DNA of 64,000 nt, taken from contig JAQVWY010000006.1 in assembly GCA_028709465.1 (NCBI GenBank), forward strand, positions 4,536 through 68,535. The letters run 5' to 3'. Positions 9,444-19,847 of this stretch are shown piece by piece (the stretch's first letter is position 1; the number at the start of each line of letters is the position of its first letter). The translations under genes and the position numbers were made by a program. The notes below the pieces were generated by a model. The model searched no databases. It was not told the origin of the DNA and worked only from the letters and a program-made list of their open reading frames with translations. The DNA comes from Tissierellia bacterium. GTDB lineage: Bacteria; Bacillota; Clostridia; Tissierellales; Sedimentibacteraceae.

Positions 9444-10973
9444 ATGTTATCAAAAGTAAAAACCTGTGTACTTTTCGGTCTTGATGGATATGTAGTTCAT
9501 GTTGAAACAGATTTATCCAATGGGCTACCAGGTTTTAATATTGTAGGGCTGCCCGATGTTTCAATAAAAGAATCAAAGGAAAGAGTGCGTTCTTCTATAA
9601 AAAATTCAGGATATAAATTTCCTGTAAGCCGTATTACCGTAAATTTAGCACCTGCTAATTTAAAAAAAGAAGGAAGTCAAATTGATTTACCTATTGCAAC
9701 AGGTATTTTAGCAGCAAGTAAAATAATTAAAAATGAAATAAGTGAAAAAACATGTATTATGGGAGAGTTATCCTTAGATGGCAAAATAAATGCTGTTCAT
9801 GGGGCCTTACCAATGGTAATTTCAATGAGGGATAAAGGATTTGATAATATTATAATACCTGCTGATAATAAGGAAGAATGCGGAGCTATAAAAGGAATCA
9901 ATATTATACCTTTAGAAAATTTAAATGATTTAGTAGATTTCTTTAATGGTATAACAACTATAAAACCCTATAGTATTACATATGGTATAAATAATGATGA
10001 TGATATTAATTATTATGAGGATTTTTCAGAAATAAAGGGACAGCCAGAAATGAAAAGAGCTGTTGAAATTGCAGCTGCTGGAATGCATAATATTTTGCTT
10101 CTTGGAAGCCCTGGGTCCGGAAAATCTATGATTGCTCAAAGAATTCCAACGATACTGCCCGATTTAACATTTGAGGAATCTTTGGAAGTAACTAAAATTT
10201 ATAGCATTTCTGGCTTATTAAATAAACGAGGATTAATTAAAAAAAGACCATTTAGATCTCCCCATCACACTACAACAAGAGTAGCAATGGCAGGAGGCGG
10301 TTCAAAACCAAGTCCAGGAGAAGTTTCCCTTGCCCATTATGGAGTTTTATTTTTAGATGAAATACCTGAATTTCCTAAAAGCGTTTTAGAAGTATTAAGA
10401 CAGCCTATGGAGGATGGTAAAATAACAGTATCAAGAGCAAATGGCTCATTTATGTTTCCTGCAAAATATATGCTTGTGTCAGCAATGAATCCATGTCCCT
10501 GTGGTTACCTAGGAGATCCAAACCATGAATGCTCTTGTAATCAAGGGCAGATTGATAAATATCTAAGCAAAATATCAGGCCCTTTATTAAATAGAATAGA
10601 TATTCAAATAGAAGTTTCTCCTGTTAAGTATGAAGACTTAAAAAATGATAGAGTAGAAGAATCATCAAAATCTATTAAAGGTCGAATTATAAAGGCCCGT
10701 GAAATTCAAAAAGAAAGATATAAGTGTATAAAAATTTTTACTAATTCTGAATTAAGTGGCAAAAACATAGCAAAATTTTGCAAGGTTAACAAAGAATCAG
10801 AAGCAATGTTAAAAACAGCCTTCGAAACTTTAGGGTTAAGTGCAAGGGCTTATAATAAAATTTTAAAAGTTTCACGTACGATAGCTGATTTAAATGGAAG
10901 TGAAAATATTGAAACACATCATGTAGCTGAAGCCATTCAATATCGAAGATTAGATAGAAAATATTGGAGGTAG
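9444..10973 (+). CDS. comM: YifB/ComM-family Mg-chelatase-like AAA+ ATPase
   Basis: Lon-like N domain, Walker A GSPGSGKS, LFLDE Walker B. ggaggg RBS before the ATG at 9444. Confidence 0.85.
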   Translation: MLSKVKTCVLFGLDGYVVHVETDLSNGLPGFNIVGLPDVSIKESKERVRSSIKNSGYKFPVSRITVNLAPANLKKEGSQIDLPIATGILAASKIIKNEISEKTCIMGELSLDGKINAVHGALPMVISMRDKGFDNIIIPADNKEECGAIKGINIIPLENLNDLVDFFNGITTIKPYSITYGINNDDDINYYEDFSEIKGQPEMKRAVEIAAAGMHNILLLGSPGSGKSMIAQRIPTILPDLTFEESLEVTKIYSISGLLNKRGLIKKRPFRSPHHTTTRVAMAGGGSKPSPGEVSLAHYGVLFLDEIPEFPKSVLEVLRQPMEDGKITVSRANGSFMFPAKYMLVSAMNPCPCGYLGDPNHECSCNQGQIDKYLSKISGPLLNRIDIQIEVSPVKYEDLKNDRVEESSKSIKGRIIKAREIQKERYKCIKIFTNSELSGKNIAKFCKVNKESEAMLKTAFETLGLSARAYNKILKVSRTIADLNGSENIETHHVAEAIQYRRLDRKYWR

Positions 10974-10976
10974 TAT

Positions 10977-12074
10977 ATGGAACTAAATACTAATCAGTTA
11001 ACATTATCATGGCTTAATTCTGCTAAAGGAATCGGTAATGGAAAAATAAAATATTTACTTGAATATTTTAATTCTCCAGAAGCAGTATGGGATAATTTTA
11101 GTAGTGAAATTAATAATTTAACTGAACTTTCTCAAGATACAAAGGATTATTTAATAAAAACAAAAAGAAATTTTCCGGATTATATTGAAAATAAATTAAA
11201 TGAAGAAAATGCAAGCATTGTGACTTTTTTTGATGAAGATTACCCAAAAAGACTAATAAATATAGATATTCCTCCATATATTTTATATTATAAAGGAAAT
11301 ATAAATGAAATAAATAATTTAACCATTGCCATAGTAGGCTCTAGAAAGGCAACAAAATATGGAATGTCTATGGCTGAAAAATTTACGAAGGAATTATCGG
11401 AGCTAGGAGTAAATATTGTTAGCGGATTAGCTTATGGGATTGATGGAATTGTACATAGAACAGCTATAAAAAACAATGCTTTAACATACGGTATAATTGG
11501 ATGCGGAATAGACATGGTATATCCTAAATCCAATGAATATCTATACAAAAATATTGTTGAATCTCATGGTGCAGTTATTACTGAATTTCCATTTAACATG
11601 CAACCGTTGCCATATAATTTTCCTATTAGGAATAGAATTATTAGCGGTTTGTCTAATGGAGTATTAGTTATAGAAGCACAACAAAAAAGTGGAACATTAA
11701 TTACTGCTTCACATGCAGCTGAACAAGGCAGAGAAATTTTTGCGGTGCCTGGAAATATTAATAGTTTGTATAGCAAAGGAACAAATTTATTAATCAAGGA
11801 TGGAGCGAAAATTACTACATGTGTGGAAGATATTGTTGAAGAAATATTAGAATTAAAAAGTGTTTTTAACAAAAGTAAAAATGAGTTTAGATATGATTTA
11901 AATGAAGAAGAAAATAAAATTATTAATCTATTGAAAACTGGAGAAAAAACAATTTACGAAATTGCTGAAGAAATAGATATGGATGTGAGTGATATCTTAA
12001 GTAATTTAACTATTTTGGAAATGAAGGATGTAGTAAAACAAATGCCAGGTAATAAGTTTTTTGTTGACAATTAA
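10977..12074 (+). CDS. dprA: DNA-processing protein DprA
   Basis: IVGSRKAT..G, SGLA.GID and FAVPG motifs. Conserved position before topA. Confidence 0.9.
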   Translation: MELNTNQLTLSWLNSAKGIGNGKIKYLLEYFNSPEAVWDNFSSEINNLTELSQDTKDYLIKTKRNFPDYIENKLNEENASIVTFFDEDYPKRLINIDIPPYILYYKGNINEINNLTIAIVGSRKATKYGMSMAEKFTKELSELGVNIVSGLAYGIDGIVHRTAIKNNALTYGIIGCGIDMVYPKSNEYLYKNIVESHGAVITEFPFNMQPLPYNFPIRNRIISGLSNGVLVIEAQQKSGTLITASHAAEQGREIFAVPGNINSLYSKGTNLLIKDGAKITTCVEDIVEEILELKSVFNKSKNEFRYDLNEEENKIINLLKTGEKTIYEIAEEIDMDVSDILSNLTILEMKDVVKQMPGNKFFVDN

Positions 12075-12139
12075 AAAAATGTATTATAAGGTATATTTTA
12101 TTAAGGCATTTAATGGTTTACTTGGTATTGGAGGAATAT

Positions 12140-14323
12140 ATGAATAATTTAGTAATAGTTGAGTCGCCTGCAAAGGCTAAAACAATAAGTAAATTTTTAG
12201 GTAAAAACTATACGGTAAAGGCTTCAGTAGGACATGTTAGGGATTTACCTAAAAGTAAATTGGGAATTGATGTAGAGAATAACTTTGAACCTAAATATAT
12301 AACTATTCGGGGAAAAGGAGACATTATTAAAGAACTGAAAAAAGAAGCTAAAAAAGCTGATAAAGTTTATTTGGCGACTGACCCTGACAGGGAAGGTGAA
12401 GCAATATCTTGGCATTTAGCTAATATTTTAAATTTGGATGCAAATGACAACATTAGGATAGAATTTAACGAAATTACTAAGGATTCTATAAAAAAAGCAA
12501 GTAAAGAACCTAGAAAAATTAATTTAGATTTAGTAAATGCACAGCAAGCTAGACGAATTCTTGATAGATTAGTTGGATATAATATTAGCCCGCTTTTGTG
12601 GAAAAAAATAGAAAAGGGTTTGAGCGCTGGAAGGGTACAATCTGTAGCTTTAAAATTAATAATTGATAGAGAAAGAGAAATTAATAATTTTATATCTGAG
12701 GAATATTGGACTCTTGATTTGATACTAAATAAATCTAGAAAAAAAATAACTGCTAAATATTATGGAATATTAGATAATGGGAAAATTAAAAAAGTTAAAA
12801 TAAATACTGAAGATGAAATTAATAATATTATTAATAAAATAAATAAGGAAAAGCTACCAGTATATAAAATTGAAAAGACAAAGAAAAATACAAAACCATA
12901 TCCACCATTTACTACAAGTAGTCTTCAACAAGAAGCAAATAAAAAATTAAATTTTACTGCTAAAAAAACAATGATGGTCGCCCAACAATTATATGAAGGA
13001 ATTAATATTAAGGGAGAAGGAAGTGTAGGGTTAGTAACTTATATTAGAACAGATTCATTTAGGTTATCTGAGGAAGCTATTAGTAGCGTAAAGGATTATA
13101 TTTTATCTGAATTTGGTGAAAAATATTATAAAAGTAGAGTTTATAGTAAATCTAAAAATAGTGAGAATAAAGTTCAAGATGCCCATGAAGCTATAAGGCC
13201 AACTTCTGTATTTAGAGATCCAGGTAAAATAAAAGATAGTTTAACATCTGATCAATACAAGCTTTATAATTTAATATGGAAGAGGTTTGTATCTTGTCAA
13301 ATGTCAGATGCCGAATTTGATATTACTACAATTATGTTTAATAGCAACAATAATATTTTTAAAACAAGCGGAAGCATGTTGAAGTTTGACGGATATAAAA
13401 AAGTATACAAATATGCGGATAATACAGATGATAAAATTTTACCAGATATTATGGAAAATGAAGAATTAGAAATAAGCAAAATAGATCCAGTTCAACATTT
13501 TACTCAGCCACCTTCTAGATATAATGAAGCTACTTTAATCAAGGTAATGGAAGTATTAGGTATAGGAAGACCAAGTACATATGCTCCAACAATAGCTACA
13601 ATATCAAGTAGAGAATATGTAGTAAAAGAAAAGGGATATTTATTACCTACTGATATGGGATTTTTAGTAACAGAAATGCTAGAAAAATATTTTTCTAAAG
13701 TTGTAAATGAAAAGTTTACAGCTCAAATGGAAAATAGTTTAGATGATGTTTCTACAGGTAAAGTAGATTGGCATGATGTTATTAATGATTTTTATAAGGA
13801 TTTTAAAGTCGATTTAGATATTGCTGAAAAGGAAATGGAAAAAATTGAAATAAAAGATGAAATAAGCGATGTAAAATGTGAAAAATGCGGAGAATTTATG
13901 GTAGTCAAAAAGGGTAGATACGGTAAATTTTTAGCATGTCCTAATTATCCTGAATGCAAAAATACTAAACCTTTAAAAGAAACTTATGAGGAAACAGATA
14001 TTAAATGTGAAAAATGTGGAAGCATAATGCTTAAAAGAAACGGCAAGTTTGGAGAATTTTTAGCTTGTTCTAATTACCCCGAATGTAAGAACACAAAGCA
14101 AATTCTCAAAGAATTGGATGTGGATTGTCCCTTATGTGGAGGTAAAATTGCTGTTAAATATTCAAAAGCTGGCAGAAGATTTTTTGGTTGTACAAATTAT
14201 CCTAACTGCAATTTCATTTCTTGGTATGAGCCTTCAAAGGAAAAATGCGAAAAATGTGGCAGTATGATGGTAATTAAAAATAATAAATTAACATGTACCA
14301 ACAAAAAATGCATTGAATCATAA
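12140..14323 (+). CDS. topA: DNA topoisomerase I
   Basis: LVIVESPAKAKTI Toprim start, and C-terminal zinc-ribbon repeats (CEKCG...C.NYPEC). ggagga RBS before the ATG at 12140. Confidence 0.95.
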   Translation: MNNLVIVESPAKAKTISKFLGKNYTVKASVGHVRDLPKSKLGIDVENNFEPKYITIRGKGDIIKELKKEAKKADKVYLATDPDREGEAISWHLANILNLDANDNIRIEFNEITKDSIKKASKEPRKINLDLVNAQQARRILDRLVGYNISPLLWKKIEKGLSAGRVQSVALKLIIDREREINNFISEEYWTLDLILNKSRKKITAKYYGILDNGKIKKVKINTEDEINNIINKINKEKLPVYKIEKTKKNTKPYPPFTTSSLQQEANKKLNFTAKKTMMVAQQLYEGINIKGEGSVGLVTYIRTDSFRLSEEAISSVKDYILSEFGEKYYKSRVYSKSKNSENKVQDAHEAIRPTSVFRDPGKIKDSLTSDQYKLYNLIWKRFVSCQMSDAEFDITTIMFNSNNNIFKTSGSMLKFDGYKKVYKYADNTDDKILPDIMENEELEISKIDPVQHFTQPPSRYNEATLIKVMEVLGIGRPSTYAPTIATISSREYVVKEKGYLLPTDMGFLVTEMLEKYFSKVVNEKFTAQMENSLDDVSTGKVDWHDVINDFYKDFKVDLDIAEKEMEKIEIKDEISDVKCEKCGEFMVVKKGRYGKFLACPNYPECKNTKPLKETYEETDIKCEKCGSIMLKRNGKFGEFLACSNYPECKNTKQILKELDVDCPLCGGKIAVKYSKAGRRFFGCTNYPNCNFISWYEPSKEKCEKCGSMMVIKNNKLTCTNKKCIES

Positions 14324-14356
14324 AAAATATTATTATGAATATAGAACAAATATAAT

Positions 14357-14403
14357 AAAAAATCCTGAAACTCATTGCATTTTCAATGCGTTTTAGGATT
14401 TTT
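14357..14403. terminator. Bidirectional terminator between convergent topA and the 14446-15897 gene
   Basis: aaaaatcctgaaac ... gttttaggattttt arms (13 of 14 bp) with an inner cattg/caatg stem. A run on one side and T run on the other. Confidence 0.7.
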
Positions 14404-14445
14404 ATGTAGAATCAAGCTCCTAAAGAATTAAAATCTGATGATATT

Positions 14446-15897
14446 TTATAAAGGTTCAGTCCTGTAATAATTCATAAACCTTTGTTCTCTATAAATTCTA
14501 TACAATTCATTCCATGTAACTTCGTTAACAATTCCAGTTGGCTCAAGTCCGACCATATTTTGAAAAGCAATTACTGCTTTTTCTGTTTCCTCTCCAAAAA
14601 CACCTTGTTCGCTTATGGGAGGAATAGATGGTATTACTAAAGAAAGATATGATAGCATTTCCTGAATAATGAAAATTTCTGGCTGTTCTATTCCTTGTCC
14701 TTTCATATATTCCTTGCCGGGGTATCTAAAACGGGGAAGATAAACTTCTTGCGGAGGCAATGTATTAAATATACCCAAAATTGTTCTAAACAATAGATCC
14801 CAGGTTTCCTCATCGACTATTCCTGTAATTGGCAATCCCATTATTTTTTGAAATTCTATAACCGCAGCTCTTGTTTGCGGGTTGAATATGCCCGTATATT
14901 CAATATTAGGAATACCTTCATAATAATTAGATAAAACATCTAAAAAATATTGCAATATTTCTATTCTTGGACGAATGTCTCCCTGTAGTAAGGTTCCTCT
15001 TGTTACCTCTAATATTTCTTCATATATTGAACCAGGAACGCTTAATTCTGCTAATTTTGACACAGCGACAAAGATTTGTCTAATTTTATAAAATGTGCCT
15101 TTATCTATAATGCCAGTTACAGGCAAGTTAAAGGCTCTTTGAAATTCTCTTACAGCCTTTTCAGTTGATTCTCCATAATAACCGTCTGCATTTGTTATCT
15201 CCGGTATAGCAGGGTAGTTTTTTGCTATTCTGTTTAATCCTAATTGTTGCCTTAATATAATTATGCTGGAATCACCAGGTTTAAGGGGTTCCCCAGGATA
15301 AGATAACCCGATTCCGCCAACAGGCGCATCTTTAACTATTGATATATCTTCACCATAATAATATTTTAATATATCAATAGGGGAATATCCATTATTTGCT
15401 AAATCAACAGTTCCCCACTGATACATTCCTTCACATTGGGATATTCTACCATCACAGAAGGTTGTAAAGAGAGGTATTACTTGATTATCTCTTATAATAT
15501 AATCATTAAATAAATTGTCTACAATTTCAGATATGTTATTATATATACCCCTATCCTTAACATATGCCTGATCGAACTGTGGTGAATTTGTAATATCAAA
15601 GTCATATCCTCTTGCTCTATACCACTGAAGTGTAACTCTATTTAAAGCAACAGAAACTATAGCGTAAACATTTGCTATTAATGCATTTTCAGGCCATGTA
15701 GGGTAAAGTTCTGAAGAAGCAACATTTTTTATATAGTCAATAAACGGTACTGTTACATTTTCGGCTACCTCATCAGGACGACCTAAATGTACTGTTATAT
15801 TTTCTGGAACTGTAACAAAAGCCGTAGGAGGTCCGCCTGGTATTGTAATTTGTTCGTTTATGTTTACATTATTATTTAAATAATTTGTTTTAAACAT
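14446..15897 (-). CDS. SpoIID/SleC-like domain protein with three peptidoglycan-binding (PG_binding_1) repeats; possible cortex or cell-wall lytic enzyme
   Basis: Three repeats of the type FQ...LP.TGI.D..T. Start moved to MFKTN, which has an aaggag RBS. The N-terminal domain resembles SpoIID-like lytic domains by my reading only. Confidence 0.6.
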   Translation of the reverse strand: MFKTNYLNNNVNINEQITIPGGPPTAFVTVPENITVHLGRPDEVAENVTVPFIDYIKNVASSELYPTWPENALIANVYAIVSVALNRVTLQWYRARGYDFDITNSPQFDQAYVKDRGIYNNISEIVDNLFNDYIIRDNQVIPLFTTFCDGRISQCEGMYQWGTVDLANNGYSPIDILKYYYGEDISIVKDAPVGGIGLSYPGEPLKPGDSSIIILRQQLGLNRIAKNYPAIPEITNADGYYGESTEKAVREFQRAFNLPVTGIIDKGTFYKIRQIFVAVSKLAELSVPGSIYEEILEVTRGTLLQGDIRPRIEILQYFLDVLSNYYEGIPNIEYTGIFNPQTRAAVIEFQKIMGLPITGIVDEETWDLLFRTILGIFNTLPPQEVYLPRFRYPGKEYMKGQGIEQPEIFIIQEMLSYLSLVIPSIPPISEQGVFGEETEKAVIAFQNMVGLEPTGIVNEVTWNELYRIYREQRFMNYYRTEPL

Positions 15898-16168
15898 ATT
15901 ATTCTCCTTAAAAGTTACATTTATCATTTATAGTAATTGTTACACATAAAATCATTTCTTAACATGAATGTTATTTATATTATATGTTAAAAAAGATATA
16001 TTGCCATGTAGTTTTGAGTTTTATTATTTGTAATAGAATTACTTAGCTTGACATTTCAGATTGAATCAAATAAAATTGGTAGACCAAGAAAATATAGATC
16101 TAAATGTAAGGGGTTTTTCTTTTTTCTTTATAAATTTTATGGTATAATTAATATTATATTAATTTGTT

Positions 16169-16289
16169 TAATGTGGTGATAAAAAATAATAAATTAACAT
16201 GTATTAACAAAAATGAATTAATCATAAAAAATATAAATAAAAATATAAATAAAAATATAAATAAAAATATAACAAATATAATAAAAATG
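16169..16289 (+). repeat. Degenerate duplicate of the topA 3' end and 3' UTR (copy of 14253-14362)
   Basis: A 22-nt identical core aaaaataataaattaacatgta plus flanking similarity. Interrupted by stops (atg tgg tga). Confidence 0.8.
16223..16270. repeat. 12-bp tandem repeat aaataaaaatat, 3 perfect units plus one degenerate
   Basis: Read directly. It lies inside the topA-3' duplicate, where the original has the single sequence tattatgaatat. Confidence 0.85.
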
Positions 16290-16321
16290 TTAGAAAGTGA
16301 TAAAAAATCGTAAATTTATTA

Positions 16322-16350
16322 TTGCCAAATAATATTTGCTATGATATACT
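16322..16350 (+). promoter_or_regulatory. Candidate sigma-A promoter of rpsB-tsf
   Basis: ttgcca, 17 nt spacer, tatact, preceded by a TGn extended -10. Confidence 0.5.
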
Positions 16351-16453
16351 ATGCTTAATTACGCACAGATTTAGATTTTGCAAGAGTTGTGCCTATATGG
16401 TCTTTTGTAAGAAATGAAAAATCTGGAGGTAAAAACAAAAGGAGGAAATAAAT

Positions 16454-17233
16454 ATGTCTATTATTAGTATGAAAAAACTGCTAGAAGCAGGAGTTCATTT
16501 TGGACACCAGACTAGAAGATGGAATCCTAAAATGGCAGAGTATATTTTTACAGAAAGAAATGGTATCTATATTATTGACTTGCAAAAAACAAGTGATAAA
16601 GTAGATCAGGCATATAACTTTATAAAAGAAGTTGTTGCAAATGGCGAAGATATTTTATTCGTTGGAACAAAAAAACAAGCGCAAGAAGCTACAAAAACCG
16701 AAGCAGCAAGATGTGGAATGCATTATGTAAGCCAAAGATGGCTTGGTGGTATGCTTACAAACTATCAAACTATCAGAAAAAGAATTGATAAGCTAAATAA
16801 ATTAAGAACTATGGAGGAAGATGGAACTTTTGAACTTCTACCAAAGAAAGAAGTAATTAAGCTCAAAAATGAAGCTGAAAAGCTAGAAAAATTCTTAGGC
16901 GGAATTAAAAATATGGAAAAAATTCCAGGAGCTTTATTTGTAGTTGACCCTAGAAAAGAAAGAATAGCTGTTCAAGAAGCTCATATATTAGGTATTCCAG
17001 TTGTTTCAATAGTAGATACGAACTGTGATCCAGATGAAGTTGATTACGTTATTCCAGGTAATGACGATGCTATAAGAGCAGTTAAGTTATTAACTCAAAC
17101 TATGGCAGATGCTGTATTAGAAGGAAAACAAGGCGTTCAAATGACTGATGAAGTTGTTGAAGAACTGTCAGATGAAGAACTTGAAAAAGTTGAAGAAGAC
17201 GAAAATATAGTAGTAGAAGATATTAAAGAATAA
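16454..17233 (+). CDS. rpsB: 30S ribosomal protein S2
   Basis: [19 protein letters not shown] signature. Confidence 0.97.
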   Translation: MSIISMKKLLEAGVHFGHQTRRWNPKMAEYIFTERNGIYIIDLQKTSDKVDQAYNFIKEVVANGEDILFVGTKKQAQEATKTEAARCGMHYVSQRWLGGMLTNYQTIRKRIDKLNKLRTMEEDGTFELLPKKEVIKLKNEAEKLEKFLGGIKNMEKIPGALFVVDPRKERIAVQEAHILGIPVVSIVDTNCDPDEVDYVIPGNDDAIRAVKLLTQTMADAVLEGKQGVQMTDEVVEELSDEELEKVEEDENIVVEDIKE

Positions 17234-17319
17234 TAAAAATAAAATATAAATATTATGAAAGTAAGGGGTTGGGAATTTTTTCCTTACGCCTTGCTTTTTT
17301 AAATACGGAGGATAATAAT

Positions 17320-18237
17320 ATGGAAATAACAGCAGCAATGGTAAAAGAACTAAGAGAAAAAACAAATGCAGGTATGATGGACTGCAAAAAAGCTTTAAAA
17401 GAAACTAATGGAGACATGGAAAAAGCAATTGACTACTTAAGAGAAAAAGGACTTTCTCAAGCAGCAAAAAAATCAAGTAGAATAGCAGCAGAAGGTCTTA
17501 CTACTGCATTAATTTCTGACTGTGGAAAAAGAGGAGTAGTTTTAGAAGTAAATTCAGAAACAGATTTTGTAGCAAAAAATGTTGAATTTCAAAACTTCGT
17601 TATGGATACAGCTAAAATAATATTAGATAAAAATCCAGCTGATATTGAAGCTTTAAAAACAACTACTTATTTAGATGGAGCAAAAACTGTTCAAGATGTA
17701 TTAACAGACAAAATATCAACAATTGGCGAAAATATGAGCATAAGAAGATTTGATTGCATTGATGTAAATGAAGGTGCAGTGGTGTCTTATATTCACGCTG
17801 GAGGCAAAATATCTGTTATAATTGGTCTTGAATCAGAAGGTGAAAAATCAGCATTAGAAGAACTTGGTAAAGACCTTGCTATGCAAGTAGCTGCAATGAA
17901 TCCAAAATATATTTCAAGAGAAGATGTTGATCAAGAGTATATTGATCATGAAAGAGAAATACTTGTTGCACAAGCATTAAATGAAGGAAAGCCAAAAAAT
18001 ATAGTAGAAAAAATGGTTGAAGGAAGACTTAATAAAGAATTAAGGGAAGTTTGTTTACTTGAGCAACCATTTGTAAAAGACGGTGATATATCAGTTTCTA
18101 AATATATACAAAATACTGCAGCTAAATTAGGAAAAGATATTAAAATAGCTGGAGTTAAGAGATATGAAGTTGGAGAAGGTATCGAGAAAAAATCTGAAGA
18201 TTTTGCAGAAGAAGTAGCAAAACAAATGGGTAAATAA
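17320..18237 (+). CDS. tsf: Translation elongation factor Ts
   Basis: MVKELREKTNAGMMDCKKAL signature. Start moved to MEITAAM after ggagg. Confidence 0.95.
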   Translation: MEITAAMVKELREKTNAGMMDCKKALKETNGDMEKAIDYLREKGLSQAAKKSSRIAAEGLTTALISDCGKRGVVLEVNSETDFVAKNVEFQNFVMDTAKIILDKNPADIEALKTTTYLDGAKTVQDVLTDKISTIGENMSIRRFDCIDVNEGAVVSYIHAGGKISVIIGLESEGEKSALEELGKDLAMQVAAMNPKYISREDVDQEYIDHEREILVAQALNEGKPKNIVEKMVEGRLNKELREVCLLEQPFVKDGDISVSKYIQNTAAKLGKDIKIAGVKRYEVGEGIEKKSEDFAEEVAKQMGK

Positions 18238-18315
18238 TGCTAGTAAACTTGCGATAAAATAAATGGAGGACTAAATAGTTCTCCATTAGTTACATTAGAA
18301 CATTTGGAGGATGCG

Positions 18316-19032
18316 ATGAGTAGCTGTAAATACAAAAGAATATTATTAAAAATAAGCGGTGAGGCGTTAGCAGGTGAAAAAGGCCATGGTATTAACGGCT
18401 CAACTGTAATGGAAATATCACATGTAATCAAAAATGTTACTGAAATGGGTGTGGAAGTTGCACTTGTTGTTGGAGGTGGCAATTTTTGGAGAGGTGCTAA
18501 TGCTAAAGATATGGATAGGACTACTTCTGATTATATGGGTATGCTTGGTACTGTAATTAATGGTCTTGCATTTCAAGATGCATTAGAAAAAATAGGTGTT
18601 GAAACTAGGGTTCAAACTGCTATAGAAATGAGACAAATAGCAGAACCTTACATACGAAGGAAGGCTGTTCGACATTTAGAAAAAGGCAGAGTAGTAATTT
18701 TCTCTGGGGGTTCAGGTAATCCGTTCTTTTCAACTGATACTACAGCGGCACTAAGGGCTGCAGAAATAAATGCTGATATCATTCTTCTAGCAAAAAATGG
18801 AGTAGATGGTGTTTACAGTGATGATCCAAATAAAAATCCGAATTCAATTAAATTTGATGAGTTAAAGTACATTGATGTTTTAAACAAGGGCCTAAAAATA
18901 ATGGATTCTACGGCTACTTCATTATGTATGGACAATAAAATACCAATATTGGTATTTGGAATAGAGAACCCAGAAAATATACAAAAAATTATCGTAGGCG
19001 AAAATATTGGTACAATAATAGAGGAGGTTTAA
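18316..19032 (+). CDS. pyrH: UMP kinase
   Basis: [13 protein letters not shown] and [10 protein letters not shown] motifs. ggagg RBS before 18316. Confidence 0.95.
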   Translation: MSSCKYKRILLKISGEALAGEKGHGINGSTVMEISHVIKNVTEMGVEVALVVGGGNFWRGANAKDMDRTTSDYMGMLGTVINGLAFQDALEKIGVETRVQTAIEMRQIAEPYIRRKAVRHLEKGRVVIFSGGSGNPFFSTDTTAALRAAEINADIILLAKNGVDGVYSDDPNKNPNSIKFDELKYIDVLNKGLKIMDSTATSLCMDNKIPILVFGIENPENIQKIIVGENIGTIIEEV

Positions 19033-19033
19033 A

Positions 19034-19591
19034 ATGTATAAAGAATTAGTTACAAAATCAGAGGATCAAATGAAAAAATCAATTAATTTTTTGAAGGAAG
19101 AGCTTTCATCTATTAGAGCAGGTAAGGCTAATCCAAAATTAGTTGATAAAATTCAAGTTAGTTATTACGGTACAATGACACCTATTTCTCAAGTTGCGAC
19201 AATTTCTGTTCCAGAACCAAGATCTATAATTATCCAACCATGGGATGCTAGCATAATCAAAGATGTGGAAAAAGCAATTTTGGCATCTGATTTAGGAATT
19301 ACTCCAGCTAATGACGGTAAACTTATTCGACTAGTTATGCCACAGTTAACAGAAGAGAGAAGAAAAGAACTATTAAAAGTTGTAAAAAAAGAAACTGAAA
19401 ATGGTAAGATAGCTATTAGAAATGTCAGAAGAGATACAATAGATATTTTCAAAAAACAAGAAAAGGCTAGTGAATTAACAAAAGATGATTTAAAAAAAGC
19501 TGAAGAAGAAATGCAAAAGCTAACAGATAAGTATATTAAATTAATAGATGAAATTTTAAAAGACAAAGAAAAAGAAATATTAGAGGTTTAA
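19034..19591 (+). CDS. frr: Ribosome recycling factor
   Basis: 185 aa. LSSIRAGKANP..LD.I.V.YYG signature. Confidence 0.95.
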   Translation: MYKELVTKSEDQMKKSINFLKEELSSIRAGKANPKLVDKIQVSYYGTMTPISQVATISVPEPRSIIIQPWDASIIKDVEKAILASDLGITPANDGKLIRLVMPQLTEERRKELLKVVKKETENGKIAIRNVRRDTIDIFKKQEKASELTKDDLKKAEEEMQKLTDKYIKLIDEILKDKEKEILEV

Positions 19592-19596
19592 ATTAT

Positions 19597-19779
19597 ATGG
19601 ATAATTTAATAGGTTATCCCTTACAACAAGCATTAAAGATATTAGAAGATAAAGATAAAATAATTAACATAAAAAAAGTTATTGGAACTAATAAAAAGTT
19701 TAATAACTTAAACAACCCATACGTAATCAAGCAGAAAATATGTGATGATTATATTACATTGTTTGTATCATATTATTAA
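19597..19779 (+). CDS. Small hypothetical protein (60 aa) with PASTA-like sequence pattern
   Basis: gagg RBS 9 nt upstream. Tight spacing after frr and followed by a hairpin (acaggct/agcctgt at ~19790-19816). No recognisable family. Confidence 0.4.
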   Translation: MDNLIGYPLQQALKILEDKDKIINIKKVIGTNKKFNNLNNPYVIKQKICDDYITLFVSYY

Positions 19780-19847
19780 TGGGTATATACAGGCTTGTGA
19801 TTATCGCGAGCCTGTTTGAATGTACTTACAATTAGAAAGGCGATTTT

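Noticed and set aside
16223-16270. Possible CRISPR-like array, because of regularly repeated units.
   Set aside because: The units are 12 bp and directly adjacent with no spacers, and there are no cas genes. It is a simple tandem repeat.
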